The notes beneath the pieces were generated by a model, which worked only from the letters and a program-made list of their open reading frames with translations, was not told where the DNA came from and made no database searches. This document shows positions 44,329 through 57,662 of a stretch of DNA of 64,000 nucleotides, in pieces. Source of the DNA: Hydractinia symbiolongicarpus (lineage: Eukaryota); NCBI RefSeq assembly GCF_029227915.1, contig NC_079879.1:12068720-12132719 (forward strand), written 5' to 3'. Every line of letters begins with the position of its first letter. The stretch's first letter is position 1. Made by a program: the position numbers and the translations under genes.

Positions 44329-44640
44329 CGCCGTAGATTATGTGGCGCCGTAGATTAGTGGTTATAGCTCTCGTACTCTGTCCGGGAGACCGGGGTTCGA
44401 TTCCTCTTGACGTCGATTCAACATGGACGAGTGAATGTTACCATAGCCCCGGGTTAACCCAAGCCATGTGAGGGAAATTGGGAAGATGGCACACTGTGTG
44501 GGCCGTTGGATGTTTCCAGGAGTTGTCTAGTAGAGCGCGGGCTCTAATTGGGTCTGCGTAGCTCAAAATGAGCATTAAATACTCTAGGACTCTCCATCTA
44601 CGCCATGGCCCCTCCTGGAAATAATAGACAGGGTATATCC
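44329..44640 (+). mobile_element. tRNA-derived SINE copy 1 (A-box TAGTGGTTA, B-box GGTTCGATTCC, shared core domain).
   Basis: The tRNA-like head does not fold into a clean cloverleaf. Core GTCTAGTAGAGCG...CGTAGCTCAAAATGAGCATTAAATACTCTAGGAC...CCTGGAAATAATAG is shared with 49925-50236. Confidence 0.5.
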
Positions 44641-47444
44641 CTCGATATTTGTGAGGCTAGCCATGTAAAATATGCACATCTATCTCTACCTAGCTTGCTT
44701 CTTGGCTCATCTGAACCCTTGCTATTTCTCAAACTGGTGTTACACATCCATGTAATTCTCAAATCATTCCTTCAAAATGGTCAAGATCTTCCTGCTTTAT
44801 TGCTAATGTCTCACTTCTATACAATATAGACCTTTTTACACAAGACTCTGCTAGTTAACAAAGGAAGTAATTCTCTAAACTTTTTCCGAGAAAAACCTAT
44901 GCTGAAAATAACACTTCTTTCCTCACCCCCTTCAATATCTGTAACAAGCCAATGTTGTACATCCATGAAGCTGGAAATACTTCGTTGTCTATAATCTCGC
45001 CTTTGCAACACTTGCATACAAACTGCTTGTCAGCTCTTAACCTTACTCCAATACCACTGCACTTTAATGCACCAAATGCTTACTAGTCTGACAAAAAAAT
45101 GAGTTACTGAATGCAAACTCCACAAGCCCACTTTTCAAATATTATGTCACACTTGACTTTAATGGCTACTAATCATGACTTATACATTGCTGCATTTTTT
45201 CTCAACACTTTCTCTCCTATTTCTCACTTCTAATACATACAGGTACTGAAAATAAGAAAATATTATATTGTTAAGAAAAATAAGAAATATAATATTGAAG
45301 AAGAACTACTTTGTTCATCACTAACATACTGCCAAGCAGTGAGCGGGATTCAATCTGCTGTCCCCAGAACTGGGAGCCACAGACGAAGCCATTACACTAC
45401 GTGATAAATATTATGATACTATGATCAATATTCACTCATGAGAAATATATTATGGTTAAAGGGAAACTAAGGTCAAAAAACATTTTCGTTGAAAAGTATA
45501 TCTGAAGGTAGCATGACATCTATGGAAATTGTGAGGGAAAAATTGGGTCATAAAATTGTTAATTTATGCTGGTTTTAGTCCATCAAAGCTGCTAAATTTT
45601 TTTGGATAAACCGGATTTATGGTTATCGTGAAACTACAAATCTATGACGTATGAGACGCGAGTCTGAATTTCTATTTTTGCCGAAGTACAGTAGTGATGT
45701 CTACTAGTGAAGAGAGCAGTTGCTGCGATAGTGAAAATGAAATATATATTTCTGACACAGATAGAAGTATTTTTAAGGGATGTTATGATAAGGAACTAGA
45801 ATACACTGAAAGTCAGCTACTTGAAGAAAAAATTCAAGATATTCCATGTATTACGTTGCAAGTTTCCGACATCGTGGATACTACCAGAAAAACTTAAAAG
45901 AAATAAAATCTTTTCAAAACAAGTAAGGTTGAACTGCCAAATAATCCTTTTCAAAACAAATATAAAATATTACTTTACATGCGAGCAATTGTAAACATGT
46001 GTCTGTCTTCTTCGTAACACTTTATTTACAGCATGTGAGTCAAACTTTGTTGTGTTGCAAATGTCTGACATGGTTTATATTCACATAATGCTCAAGTATA
46101 AAGTAAAAATACTAAAGGATGATCTTCCATTCATTAATTCCACTTTGTTGAGGTTTCAATCGTTGAAATATATATATATATATCTTTCATTTTCACTTCT
46201 CAGACGAATTAGAATAATTTTTCTGTTTTGAATACATATTTAAATTTCAAGTATAATATAGAGAAACCAGTAATCTCATGACAATTTCTCGCTCCTGGAA
46301 ATAGTTCAGAAAAAGGAAAAGTTTCGAATGTGAGAAAAGTGAATCGTAATCTTAATAACTCACATGTTTGCGTTCTTCCAGCGTTTTCTTTTTAAAGAAT
46401 GATTGCGATTTAATATGGAAGTTCCATCCATGTTGATTGTATCATAGGTTTTATATGTTTAACTCTCCCAGTGGTTTCTGAACAACCACAAGTCAAGCAG
46501 GTAGGCATTTTAAGTTACATTATTATAAAAATAGATTTATTACTAAAATGAAAATAATTTTCTTTGTGCTCTATGTTTTCAGAACGTATAAAAAGAAGTA
46601 GTTTCACTTAACGTGTAACGTATGTCACGACTCTCCATTGCAGAGTTTTATTAGTTTCTCTAATGGATGTGTGCATGACAATGCTCTTTGGCTCTAAATT
46701 CTTACAATAAAGTTTTTTTTGGAAAAAAAATGTTGAGTCCTATTTTTGTCATGGGGAATAGAACGTTTTTAAGATGAAAATTTTTTTACCTTAGTTTAAC
46801 ACATAACCAAACTAATAAACAGCATGTTATTTTTTTCCTTGTTCTCAAACGCAAACTAGAAAATATGCTTTTAATGCCAGATCTCCTTTTGATGATTTTT
46901 AGAATTTCAGAACGCGATTGCTAAACGCACAGGATAAATAAAGGTTGAATAACGAAACACTGTTGTATTGTCAACTAAACTATATAGCCCAAAAATTTTT
47001 TTTTACTTTGATTTAGATTTCCTAATAAGACTGCACCAAAAAATGTTGAAAAAACACTAACATTTTTTCTAAAAATAATTTTTCTTTCTTTTCATTATTT
47101 AAAATGGGAGGTGAATAACTTGCTGTACATATTTTTTTTTCAGATCAGGGCAAGCAAATTTGTTCCCAGGGCCAAGACAGTATAGCGCAACTCGACATTG
47201 TTTGTAGACCATTTTTCGCCGCCCTGTAAACTGTTAGTAGCCACAGATGTGCCCTAAAGGAATTAATTTTTAGCGAAATTAATTTTCGCGAGTTTTTGTC
47301 AATTTTGCATCAATTAGTTCTTCTTAAAAAATATATCTCACTAAATTTTTTTCCAGTCTTTTTCCTACTTACCGACTTGGGTTTTTATTACCAAATGTGA
47401 GATGGCCGGAGGACGCGAACACAACATATTTTTGATGACACTCA

Positions 47445-48040
47445 ATATCAGTCAGGGTAAACAGTTAATTAGGCGACGGTAGGCTAATTAGGGCATACCA
47501 CCTATTTAGGCAACTCATTGTAGACTAGTTAGGCCATATGTAACCTAGTTAAGACATTACAATATTTAATTCACACATTCCTAAAAAAAATCGCAAAAAA
47601 TCTTTGTTCAGAATGTCCGATATGTTCGCGCAACTAAGAATTATGTTAAAATGAAATATATAACCTAATTAGGTTAAGTGTCGCCTATTTAGGTGACATT
47701 TTTGTCCGCCACATTTATTTTTTCCCTGTGGCGTGAATGGCTGAAATCCATTATTTAAAACAACAAATAGTGCCACACGAGGTTCGGGCCATAAGTTACC
47801 AATGTGCGATGCAAATAAGATGATAATTGGTCAAAATTATCTGCAAAGTGGACAGATTTGATTCACATAAAAATTGTAGTGCCAAACGCAATGATTTCGA
47901 CGTATTTACAACAGAAAGTTTTCCTTTGCCTAGTTAGACTACAAGTAGCCTAATTAGGTAGCCTAATTAAACTACATCATGTTGCCTAACTAAACGACTT
48001 GCCTAATTAGGTCCAGGGGCGGATACAGGTTTAAAAAGTC
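47445..48040. mobile_element. Non-autonomous element whose two ends carry clusters of the palindromic motif CCTAATTAGG and variants (CTATTTAGG, CTAGTTAGG). Right tip ...GGTCCAGGGGCGGATACAGG.
   Basis: More than 10 motif copies in 47460-47560, 47640-47700 and 47930-48030. Confidence 0.4.
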
Positions 48041-48798
48041 CTTAGTCAAAATTTTTCGTGAAGTCAAAAAATTTTTGTCGCAAATGCCCGAATTATCATT
48101 TTTTAATGTATACTTACCAGACACCTATTTCATAAGAATAAATTGAAAGAAAAAACAACATAAATCTAGCTACTTTTTCAAAGCAGCTGGTATTCCAAAA
48201 TAATGTTTTTTGAGAACTTGAAGGGTTACATTAATAACCCATAAAAATCTTCTTTCTTCTTTCTTGCACATCACGTAATGTAGAAAACCATGGACAAATT
48301 GAATCTAACATGAAATGGGTCAAATTGAGCAAATTGTCAAAACCGGCCAATGGAATAATGAATGAATCTATCAAATCTGACATCTAAACATCAGTATACC
48401 GGGTTGACATGATAACAAAGAATTATATAAAAACAAATTTAAAAAATGAATGTGCAAGAACTATTTCAGTAAAATATATAAAAAAACAAAGGATATGGCA
48501 TATAAAAAACAAGGCTCAAAAAGTAAATTTATAAACTGAAAGGACTCTTGCTAAAAAGCAGCATTAACATATAAATCAGGGGTTGTGCTCAAAGCATTTT
48601 AATAAATGTATGTTATAAAATAGGAGTTAGGACTTCAGAAAATCCAAAGTTGAGAAACTTTTAGGGTGAACCTAAGATGTTAAGTGTATAATTACCAACT
48701 TAAAAGTAAGACTTAGCAAAAGATGAGTAAGTAAAAGTAAGTATGGGTAAGTAAGGATAAAGTAAATTGTTTAAATATGTATTAAGTTTTAAGTGAAT

Positions 48799-49507
48799 TT
48801 AAATTAACTGTAATCTTCTAGGATCTCGGGCAAAAATATTAAGTACATCATCTACCTTTGGAATAACTTCTTGATGAATGTACATTAAGGAAAGACCATT
48901 AAGACGATTTTCTGTCATGGTACTACGGCAATAATCTTTTAATCGTCTTAATGATGAAAAACTTCTTTCACATTCACATGAAGTAATAGGGATAGTAGCA
49001 AGAATGCGAATAGCAACATTTATATTAGTAAATTGAGACAGGTTTATTGACTTTAAAGTTTGAGCAATGGTTTCAGGTCTTGTACCCTGATAATCCAAAG
49101 CAAACTTTTCCCACAGCTCTAACTCAGACTCTAGAGCAAGAGGATTTGACATTTTAGATTTGTAAAAATCTACAAACCTTTTGAATTTGCTCTTCCAATC
49201 TTTGTTGGAGTAAACCATTGAAACTACTTTGGCTGGTACAATGCACAATCCATTATACACTACAAAGTTTTCAAAATCAAACAAGTGTTTCCGAGTTGCT
49301 TTGAACAAACTTTGTAGAAGAGGCCAAAGGAGCTAACCTATATTTTAATACACTTCCATTCTCCAGCAGCTGCGGAAAATTTATTGTAGGTAATTTTGAC
49401 AAATCACCAATGCGGGAGTTAAAAATTTCTCTCATTACATCGACATTTCTACTTAAAAAAGCACTAGTCACCTTGTCAGACATGGTTTTTAAAGCCATGT
49501 TTAACAA
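48799..49507 (-). pseudogene. hAT-superfamily transposase remnant, C-terminal dimerisation region only.
   Basis: CERSFSSLRRLKDYCRSTMTENRLNGLSLMYIHQEV is the classic hAT C-terminal signature. The N-terminal ~350 aa are missing. Confidence 0.6.
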
Positions 49508-49924
49508 AAAAGAACCTTTTTCACAGGGGTAATCGTATCCAGCGGACTGCTAAGTCACTAGACTGGTAATTCGAGTTATATCGTTAACAGCGGCTACCTT
49601 TTTTTTCACTCAAAAATCGTGCCGCACAGACTATATATGTCACTAGTCTATGTTACAGGTTTGCTCAACTCTGTAGATTTGTATGACTTTTACCGCCGTA
49701 AGAAACACTACCGCTTAACGGACCACAGACTATATTCGTCAAAACAATCACGCACCATGCAAATTAAAACAGATACAACGCACAGACATGGCTCTGCGGC
49801 AAAAGAACTTTACACACTACTATGCCCCTCTCGATTGACATCGTCCGTTATACAGGTAGACAATTTACCTTCCTCACTTGACGTCTTTGACGTGGTATGC
49901 ATCCGCCCCTGAGGTCATTCCGCC

Positions 49925-50236
49925 TAATTAGGTGTTTTGTGGTAGAGCGTTCGCTTTCAGTGCGGGAGGTCTTGGGTTCAAACCCTGGCCGAGTCATGCC
50001 AGAGACTATAAAAGTGTGTACCTATCCTTTCTGCTTAGCGTTCAGCATGAGAATAGGATTGATATCTTAGGCGGTTGTCTAGTTGAGCGATTGCTGTGCT
50101 TTCACGACTTTCGTAGCTCAAATGGGAGCTTTAAATGCGCTAGGACCCCCTTCGCAGGACCCTCGTTGATAGCAGTACCAATAGGAACTGAAGAGGCTAT
50201 CCTGGGTAAATAATAGTAATAATAATAATAATAAAA
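49925..50236 (+). mobile_element. tRNA-derived SINE copy 2 (A-box TGGTAGAGCG, B-box GGTTCAAACCC) with a (TAA)n tail.
   Basis: Pol III boxes. Shared core with copy 1. Tail AATAATAGTAATAATAATAATAATAAAA. Confidence 0.6.
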
Positions 50237-51275
50237 TACCCTGCCTGAATATATTTCATCCCACAATAGGTCTTTTTTCAAAAAATAAGGGCTGTCCCTT
50301 TAGCAAATCAGCAGAACTACACTGCCCCAGGCGTTTGTCAAATATTTTGCGAACTAACAGGAGTAGTACATCAAATTAGTGATGTTTGCCTTGTTGTTAG
50401 CAGTTTCCCCAACTTCAAGTAAGTAGCTAGCTATCTAGCTGAATAAGATTTATTGATATTTACTACTTAGCTATAAGTTTTTGCCAACTTAAAGGTATGA
50501 CACGGAGCATTAACAGCTTTTATAAACAAACTAATAAGTAGCTACCTGCTCACCACACAAGCCAAACGTCCGAAGATTTCACACGATCCCTTGCATACTT
50601 TCGATATCAAACATTTGGTTAATCGTAACGTGGTCAGAAAGCGGCTTCGGATAATTTGGTACATAGTACTTTATTGAGAATTTTATATATCTAATTTGCT
50701 GACCAACATATGGTAAAAAAATCATAGTTTCTGATAACAAAATTATAAAATTACTGATTCAGTATAAAGAAATACAGTACTGACGTTTAAGATTAGCTAC
50801 GGAATAAAACAAAGCAGTAAAAAGGTTTCTCTAACATCTCTTTTCTTTACAAAACAAAGAGCAGCGTAATACCCGAAAAAAATAATACAGGTTTGACCGG
50901 TTTAAAACCTGTTTATATTTTGTGATTTAAGTGGGGGGAGATAAAAAAGCAATAAAAAATTCAAAAAATCATAGTATGCACTTGATAAAAAAGCAAATAC
51001 TGTAATTTAATCAAAACTTATTTAGATATTTAAATGTTCTGCTTGAGTTTAATAACCATTTTTTATAATAATTTTTTTTTCGGAAAAGGTTTCAAAATTA
51101 TATCACCCGTCTTCATGTTGATATGATTCGAGGAGTAAATTTTTTTTTATTATACCGAGCAGTTGCTGTTTTTTCACGAAAACATAGGGTGTTATTTCGA
51201 GAAGCCAAAGTGCCTTCCAAAGTAAAAAAGACTTTTTTGCGCTTATTTGCGCCAAACTATTTTGCAAAAACTAAA

Positions 51276-51321
51276 ATGGTTGTTGCTGAAGAAAAGCGTT
51301 TTCTTTCAGGAGTCGTGGAAG
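51276..51321 (+). CDS. OGA: O-GlcNAcase (OGA/MGEA5) exon 1: MVVAEEKRFLSGVVEG, donor GTGTGT.
   Basis: Matches human OGA RRFLCGVVEGFYGRPW across the exon 1/2 junction. Confidence 0.6.
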
Positions 51322-51408
51322 GTGTGTAGAAGTTTTATAGCTAGCAATGTTTTAAAGTTTCAGATGAAACAAAAAACGGAAATGAAAGACTTGTGTTTTT
51401 AATTTTAG

Positions 51409-51460
51409 GGTTTTATGGAAGACCTTGGACATGTACTCAAAGAAGGGAGTTATTTTCTCG
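51409..51460 (+). CDS. OGA: OGA exon 2 (FYGRPWTCTQRRELFS). Acceptor TTTTAG, donor GTTAGT.
   Basis: Human FYGRPWVMEQRKELFRR. Confidence 0.7.
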
Positions 51461-53397
51461 GTTAGTGTATTTTGTATTCTTTATTGCATACAAAAGTAGC
51501 TTGGGATAAAAGATGGCTTCTTGCTTATGGTTTAGTTATAAAAGTTTACAAAACTTGGCAGATTTTTGGGGCACACTTTCTTGTAGGTTGTCCATACTCA
51601 TAATGCTTCGCTTTTTGTGCAGACATCGGAGGCGGTTAAGGAATAGCTTTTAACCGGAAATTTTTTTGGCCTATTTAAGGTAGTTAAGCTTGTCTGTTAG
51701 ACGCTAGGAAGTTTAAGCTTGTCTGTTATGGCATGCCTAAAATCTGGTTATATTTTAACACAAGGGTGCGGACTTGCCGAAAACGCTGTATATATGAGGG
51801 TGGCTGCAGGTTTTTTTTTTTAGGGTTTTCATCAGTAGCCACCCGGAAAAGCCTGAAAAGCGCCCAAAATGCAATGCGGGCAATCTCATTGTTCTCAAAT
51901 TTTGTCGAGAAGTAGGAAAGGTGCTATTTTGTAGTCATGCTTCTATTTAGTTTATTATTTCTGGGATTTTATTACAGCTATTTATCGAATAAATGATAGA
52001 AAAAACAGTCTTTCGCTACCACTACTCAACATTAAAAAAATAAGTTATACACTAGTCGATAGCCCAAGGAAAATCTCCGGTTTCGCCCGTCCTTTTTATA
52101 CCGCATTGCGTGCTTCTCGCTATTGCGCAGCTAAGCTACCATTTTGCGTGACAAACGGACGGACAGACGTATACGGGCATTATAATATTAAAAGAATAAG
52201 TTATGCATGAAAAAAATCTTTAAAAAAGTTTTTTTTAAACGCAGGAAGTCACCCAACAGCCCCCATGAATTTTGTGGCATTTCCGGCAAGTCAGCACCCT
52301 CATATTTCAACAGCTATTTTTCATGTGTAACTTACCAAGTTGTTACAAGTAATATCTGGTGTCATTTGAACCCTCAAAACAGGGCTGGCTAGTCAGTTAG
52401 GGATTAAAAACTTAGAAATTTGTAAAAAATTTGGCCATCAATGCAAGCCAATAAACAGCAATTTTAAATGATAACTTGTTTCAATGGAGCATTTGTGCAC
52501 TATTTTACATTATTTCTAAGGACTTTCGGTATGCAAGCTAGTATTTTATGCAAAGCAATAATTGTTGATAATGGCTGTTTGTTTTTTAATGTTTTAATGG
52601 TCTGTTTTAACGTTCATTAAGAGAGATCTGGTGTGATAAAACTTTTTTCACAACGCAAAGTATATATTTTGTTCCTGATTAAAACTCATGAATGCTGTAT
52701 TTTCAGTTTGTCTAGTGAATAAGCTCAAAACTAGTCTTTAGGGGACAAAATGCTAAGAAACTTTTGTGATAAGGAATAAAATGCAAGATGTTAACATGAT
52801 TCTCCAAAAATAGATTATTTTCCTTAAAAAATTTTTATTGTGCCACAATTTAACAGAAAATTTGACATATCCACTTACTTAGGTAAAAATGCAGGACCAT
52901 ATAAGATGGTTGTTATCAAATCCATTCAGATTTTTTTGGAAGCATAAGTTATTCTTGAAAATGGGTGTTGACGCCCGAAACGTGTTAAAACAAATGTTGT
53001 TTTTTGGAAGCACTTAACAAAAAAAATCTACAAAAACATTTTATTTGTGGTGTTGGTCTGCCCAATCGGGAAGCGCACTTGCCATAAAAGGGCAATGTGC
53101 ATACTTGAGTATTTCATGAAAAATATTAATTTCGCGTTCTTTCTCCAGCCCACCAATCCAAGCCAGAAATGTTATTGTATGGCAACAGCAAAACACAAAA
53201 GCATTCATAATAGCTATAACTTTTTATGCTTTTACTGGTTTCTTATTTATATTTTATGTGATAATTTAGTCTTGTGTGAATCTGTAAAAATAAACACACA
53301 GAATGATTCATGTAGGCAGGGGAAGATGCTTAGAAACTTCTCCTATCTGAACCTGGATATGCTTATACATGTTATGCTTATATAAAAATATTTTTAG

Positions 53398-53495
53398 GAT
53401 GAGGAAGTCTTCCATGAACACTTATATTTATGCACCTAAAGATGATACAAAGCATAGAGCTTTATGGAGACAGCTTTACACAAAAGAGGAGGAGA
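53398..53495 (+). CDS. OGA: OGA exon 3 (RMRKSSMNTYIYAPKDDTKHRALWRQLYTKEEE).
   Basis: Human [33 protein letters not shown]. Sites TTTTTAG / GTGAGT. Confidence 0.75.
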
Positions 53496-53571
53496 GTGAG
53501 TATATTTTTTGAATATACACATATAACGCTATATAAACTTAATATTTATATATACACATTGAAAATTGTAG

Positions 53572-53702
53572 ATAAACTCAAAGTCCTCATTGATGCTGCT
53601 GATAGTGAAGATGTCACATTTGTATATGCAATTTCTCCTGGGTTAGACATTTCTTTTGCAAGTGCAGCTGATACATCTGCATTAAAACGAAAAATGAAAC
53701 AG
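53572..53702 (+). CDS. OGA: OGA exon 4 ([43 protein letters not shown]).
   Basis: Human [39 protein letters not shown]. Sites TTGTAG / GTTTGT. Confidence 0.8.
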
Positions 53703-53805
53703 GTTTGTTGTTTACTTTATGTTTTGATAAAATTTTATGCTTAGAAATTTAATAAAAAACCTTTTTGTTCCTAATTTGTTCAGAATTTGGTAATGATTTT
53801 TATAG

Positions 53806-53974
53806 GTCAGTAAGCTTGGCTGTCGAGCCTTTGCTTTACTCTTTGATGATATTAACCCAACATTAAAGCCTTCAGATGCAGCAGTTTACAAATCGTCAGC
53901 TCAAGCTCAAGCAACTTTAACAAATGAATTATTTACTTATTTGAAGAAACCAAGATTCCTCTTTTGTCCTACTG
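53806..53974 (+). CDS. OGA: OGA exon 5 ([20 protein letters not shown]...KPRFLFCPT).
   Basis: Human [20 protein letters not shown]...ETFLFCPT. Sites TTTATAG / GTAAGC. Confidence 0.8.
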
Positions 53975-54034
53975 GTAAGCTTAGTTTCAATATCATATTT
54001 TGTAATATTCTTTTAAGTTTAAAAACTGTTGTTG

Positions 54035-54063
<29 letters not shown>
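54035..54063 (+). repeat. Poly(T) tract of 29 nt in OGA intron 5.
   Basis: Direct reading. Confidence 0.9.
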
Positions 54064-54068
<5 letters not shown>

Positions 54069-56361
54069 TAATTTTCAGCCAAGATGTTGGGTAAGTTTTT
54101 TTATTAATCTAGTCTGTATGAAGTAAGCTAGTTAAGACTATTAATTTATTGAAGTTGTAGTATTGTTCCATCTCAGTTTGTTGAGCTTTCGTATTGTTTT
54201 CAGCTTTCTGTAAAGGAAGTGACCCTTTAATCTGGATTTCTGCCTTAATTTGCTTAAGTTGGATGTTAGGAAATGCTGACATGAGTTACTTTTTTCATAT
54301 GAAATTACATAATGCTTGAGCTGTAAATGTATGCTTTAAATGGAGAAGAAAATAAAGATGAAGATACTATGAAGATAACCAAGATTGTTTTCATGCAGCA
54401 CTGTATTCGTGTTGATTGTCTTGGATGACTTGTTGTCATCGTAGGGCTACTTGTGTTCATACTGTGTGATCTATTATAGCATCTCAACAACTGCACGAAG
54501 CATGCAGTGCATCAAGAACATGGATATCAAAAGATTGAAATTAAAAGGTTCTTTGTTTTTCCAAAACAACCCCCTAAAAAAACCCCGAAAGTAGATAGGT
54601 TTTATATATAACGTAATTCTTTATGTAAATTAGAATATTTATATTTAATTTATTTAACTTCATTGACTTGGTTAACATTTATTGTTGTCCAACTTCTTTG
54701 GAGTTTTTAGTTGGTGTATTGTGTGTGCTTGTTTTTGTCTCTGTCTGTGTGTTTTCTATGTCAATAGCAGCAGCTTTTAAAATCCTCTATTCTTGTTTAT
54801 CAATAAGAACACAAGTATTACAAAGTTGGGATCATTTCTATTAGCAACTAAAACCTTATTTAAATCTGATAACATATGAACTCCACAATATGCTGGTCTG
54901 AAGTTCCAGAAATGGAGTGTCATATGTTGCACTTCAATGCTTGCAATTATATTTTATTAAAAAATTGAATGGACTCTGGTTTATATGGAATGCTTTCTCT
55001 TTGGCTAAATAGTTGCAAGCATTGTAGACAATTATTTTGCATCCAAACACTCACACAATATGTTTGATTACTGCAAATGACCATACAAGTACATCCTTTT
55101 TAATTTTGGCATTAATTGTGTTGAAATGGGCAAGATATTAATATTCAAATCTGAAACTTTAAAACTACAAGAGGGATGAAATTAGATAAAACAAAAAACT
55201 CCATTTCCATGTAGCTTGGTAGTGTGGGTGTTGGACTGGTCATTAATGGTATTTATAAAATAATTTCTAAGAACATATGAATGTGAGTGATTGGCTATTC
55301 TTGAACATGTAATCAGTACTATGTTAAAATGTGAAGTAAATTTTAAAAAAGTAACACATTCATATGTAGCTATTCACATCTCATTGGTTTTATAGTAACT
55401 TTTTAAAACATAGTACCAACGAATTAGTTCTTTTTGCATTCTCAATGCAACAATAGCTAATTTATATGTTTGAGATTAGATTATACAAACTTTTAGCAAG
55501 AAGGTTTTTGCCAGTTGACCAAAAGCCAAAATAAAATATGCTTAGTAAATATTTATACCTAATAAAGCTCTATACGATGTTCTTTCTTTTTAACATCTTA
55601 CTGGCAAATACTTGCATAAAGTTTCATTATGATTTTCTTTTGTCCTTTGAATCTTAACCAGGATCATTCTTGCAGACAAAAAAGTTCTGTAACACATGCA
55701 GTTGTTTTGGATGTATCGTCATGTGAGAATGATTCTAAAACTCCCCCATAACACTGCTACTAAGTGGCAGTGTTACAAACATTTTCAGACTAGAATAAAA
55801 GATTTGGTAAAAAATGTGGCATAAATTACTTGCCACATTTTTTATTGAAAATCTTTTACTATATGTGCCATGGGACTAATAAAAACATCAATAACAATCA
55901 ATTTAACTTTTGACAGTAAAGGTTACATGGCACATTGTTTTGTCTGTAATGGCTACTGAGAAACTATGAAAACATTTGCATTATTTTTACTAAATTTAAG
56001 AAAAAGTGGCATGCATTTGTTTTTTATGTATCTCAGTGGTCTTGATTCATTTACTAAGCTGCTTTTTGTTTTATCATCATACATGCACTGTGAAACTAAG
56101 GCTGGTTAAGAGGTATCATAACTGTATTGAGTTGTGTTTAAGTTTCAAAAATATCAAAAAAATCTGCATTGTTTTATAACCCTTTTTTATTAGTCAGCCT
56201 TGCACTCACTATGCTATAAGCAAGATGATAAAACAAGAGGTTTTAGTTGCATCTAAATTCATTCTAAATTCGCACTTAATAATATAAACATTGGAGTGGA
56301 GGATTTTAACATTGTTTACCCTGTTTTGACTGCAGATCTCAATAGAAAATTTGTATTTTAG

Positions 56362-56460
56362 AATACTGTAAAACAAGAGCCATTCCAAATGTTCGAACAT
56401 CTGAGTACCTTTCAACTCTTGGCAAAGATTTATTTCAGAAAATTGATATCTTGTGGACAG
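56362..56460 (+). CDS. OGA: OGA exon 6 (EYCKTRAIPNVRTSEYLSTLGKDLFQKIDILWTG).
   Basis: Human [34 protein letters not shown]. Confidence 0.75.
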
Positions 56461-57074
56461 GTTTGTGTACTTTTTTTTCTTTTTTTCTTTGCATTTGTGA
56501 AAAATAGCTTAAGGGGGTGATGCGTGCCTAATGTGATACAATATAAAATGATGTTTTTGGGAACTGCTTCTGCAAGTTAAAATAGAGAAGCAACCAAATA
56601 ACTCTTTTAAAATTATGAATCATTTCATTTATTGCTTCTTTTCCTTATCTTTATTGATTAAGGTTGAAAATTGTGTAACATTTTGAAAGAATCTAAATAT
56701 GTCTGTTTGTCAGAAAAATGTCGTTAGTTATTGTAGAAGTTATATTTTCCTTTGTTACAATAAATAAATTTTGCGAACCGTTTCTTATTGAAATCTAGCG
56801 AAAAATAAACGAAGTGTTCGAAGCTTTGAAAAATGATAATGAAGAAAGAGTTTAATTTTTTATTTGTGATAAAATCAAGTTATGTTAGCATCCTTTTTGC
56901 CTGTTTTAACTGGAGTTTTTTAGCAATGTTTCAGACTTAGAAAGCATTTTTTCTGGAGCTTTTTCCTCTCCTTTTTTTAAACTTGTAGCAGCAGTTTTTC
57001 AACAGTTTAACCTGTCTTGTTATACATTCTTTTAAGGAAAACCAGTACTTTATTATAATATGACCTGTTACTAG

Positions 57075-57662
57075 GGGACAAAGTCATTCCTGAAATTATC
57101 ACTAAAGAGTCGATTCAAGAACTGGGAGAAGTTTTGCAGAGAAAACCAGTTATATGGGACAATATACATGCCAATGATTATGATCAAAGAAGAGTCTTTT
57201 TGGGAGCTTATTGTGGTCGACCAATTGAACTTTATCCTTATCTAAATGGTATCCTCACTAATCCCAATTGTGAGTTTGAAGCTAACTATGTAGCTATCCA
57301 CACTTTAGGGACTTGGTATCGAATTGCATCCAGTGCTTATAATCAACTAGATGAAACCTTTGATGTTCATATGGAGGATTTGTCAGATGATGGTAGTTCT
57401 CCAATTACAGATGATGATTGTGACATGCCTGTTGATCTTCTACCACCATTAACAGCAGCCGATGTTACTTCTGTTGTTTCAGAATATAACCCAAAGAGTG
57501 CACTGAAACTTGCTATTAATGATTGGTTAGATGAATTTAATACAAATAAAAGGGCACCACTGAGGTCGTATTCTAAACGAAATTTAAAAACAACAGTAAT
57601 TAATGGTCAAACTGTTCTGTCGGCTGTACCTTACGATCTTGACATTACCAACACGACTGAAG
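57075..57662 (+). CDS. OGA: OGA exon 7 (…[60 protein letters not shown]… then the acidic linker).
   Basis: Near-identical to the human GH84 catalytic-domain stretch [59 protein letters not shown]. Confidence 0.85.

Noticed and set aside
44335-44410. A tRNA gene (TAGTGGTTA and GGTTCGATTCC boxes)
   Set aside because: The acceptor, D and T stems cannot be paired into a cloverleaf. The head is partly duplicated and continues into a SINE body shared with 49925-50236. Called a tRNA-derived SINE instead.
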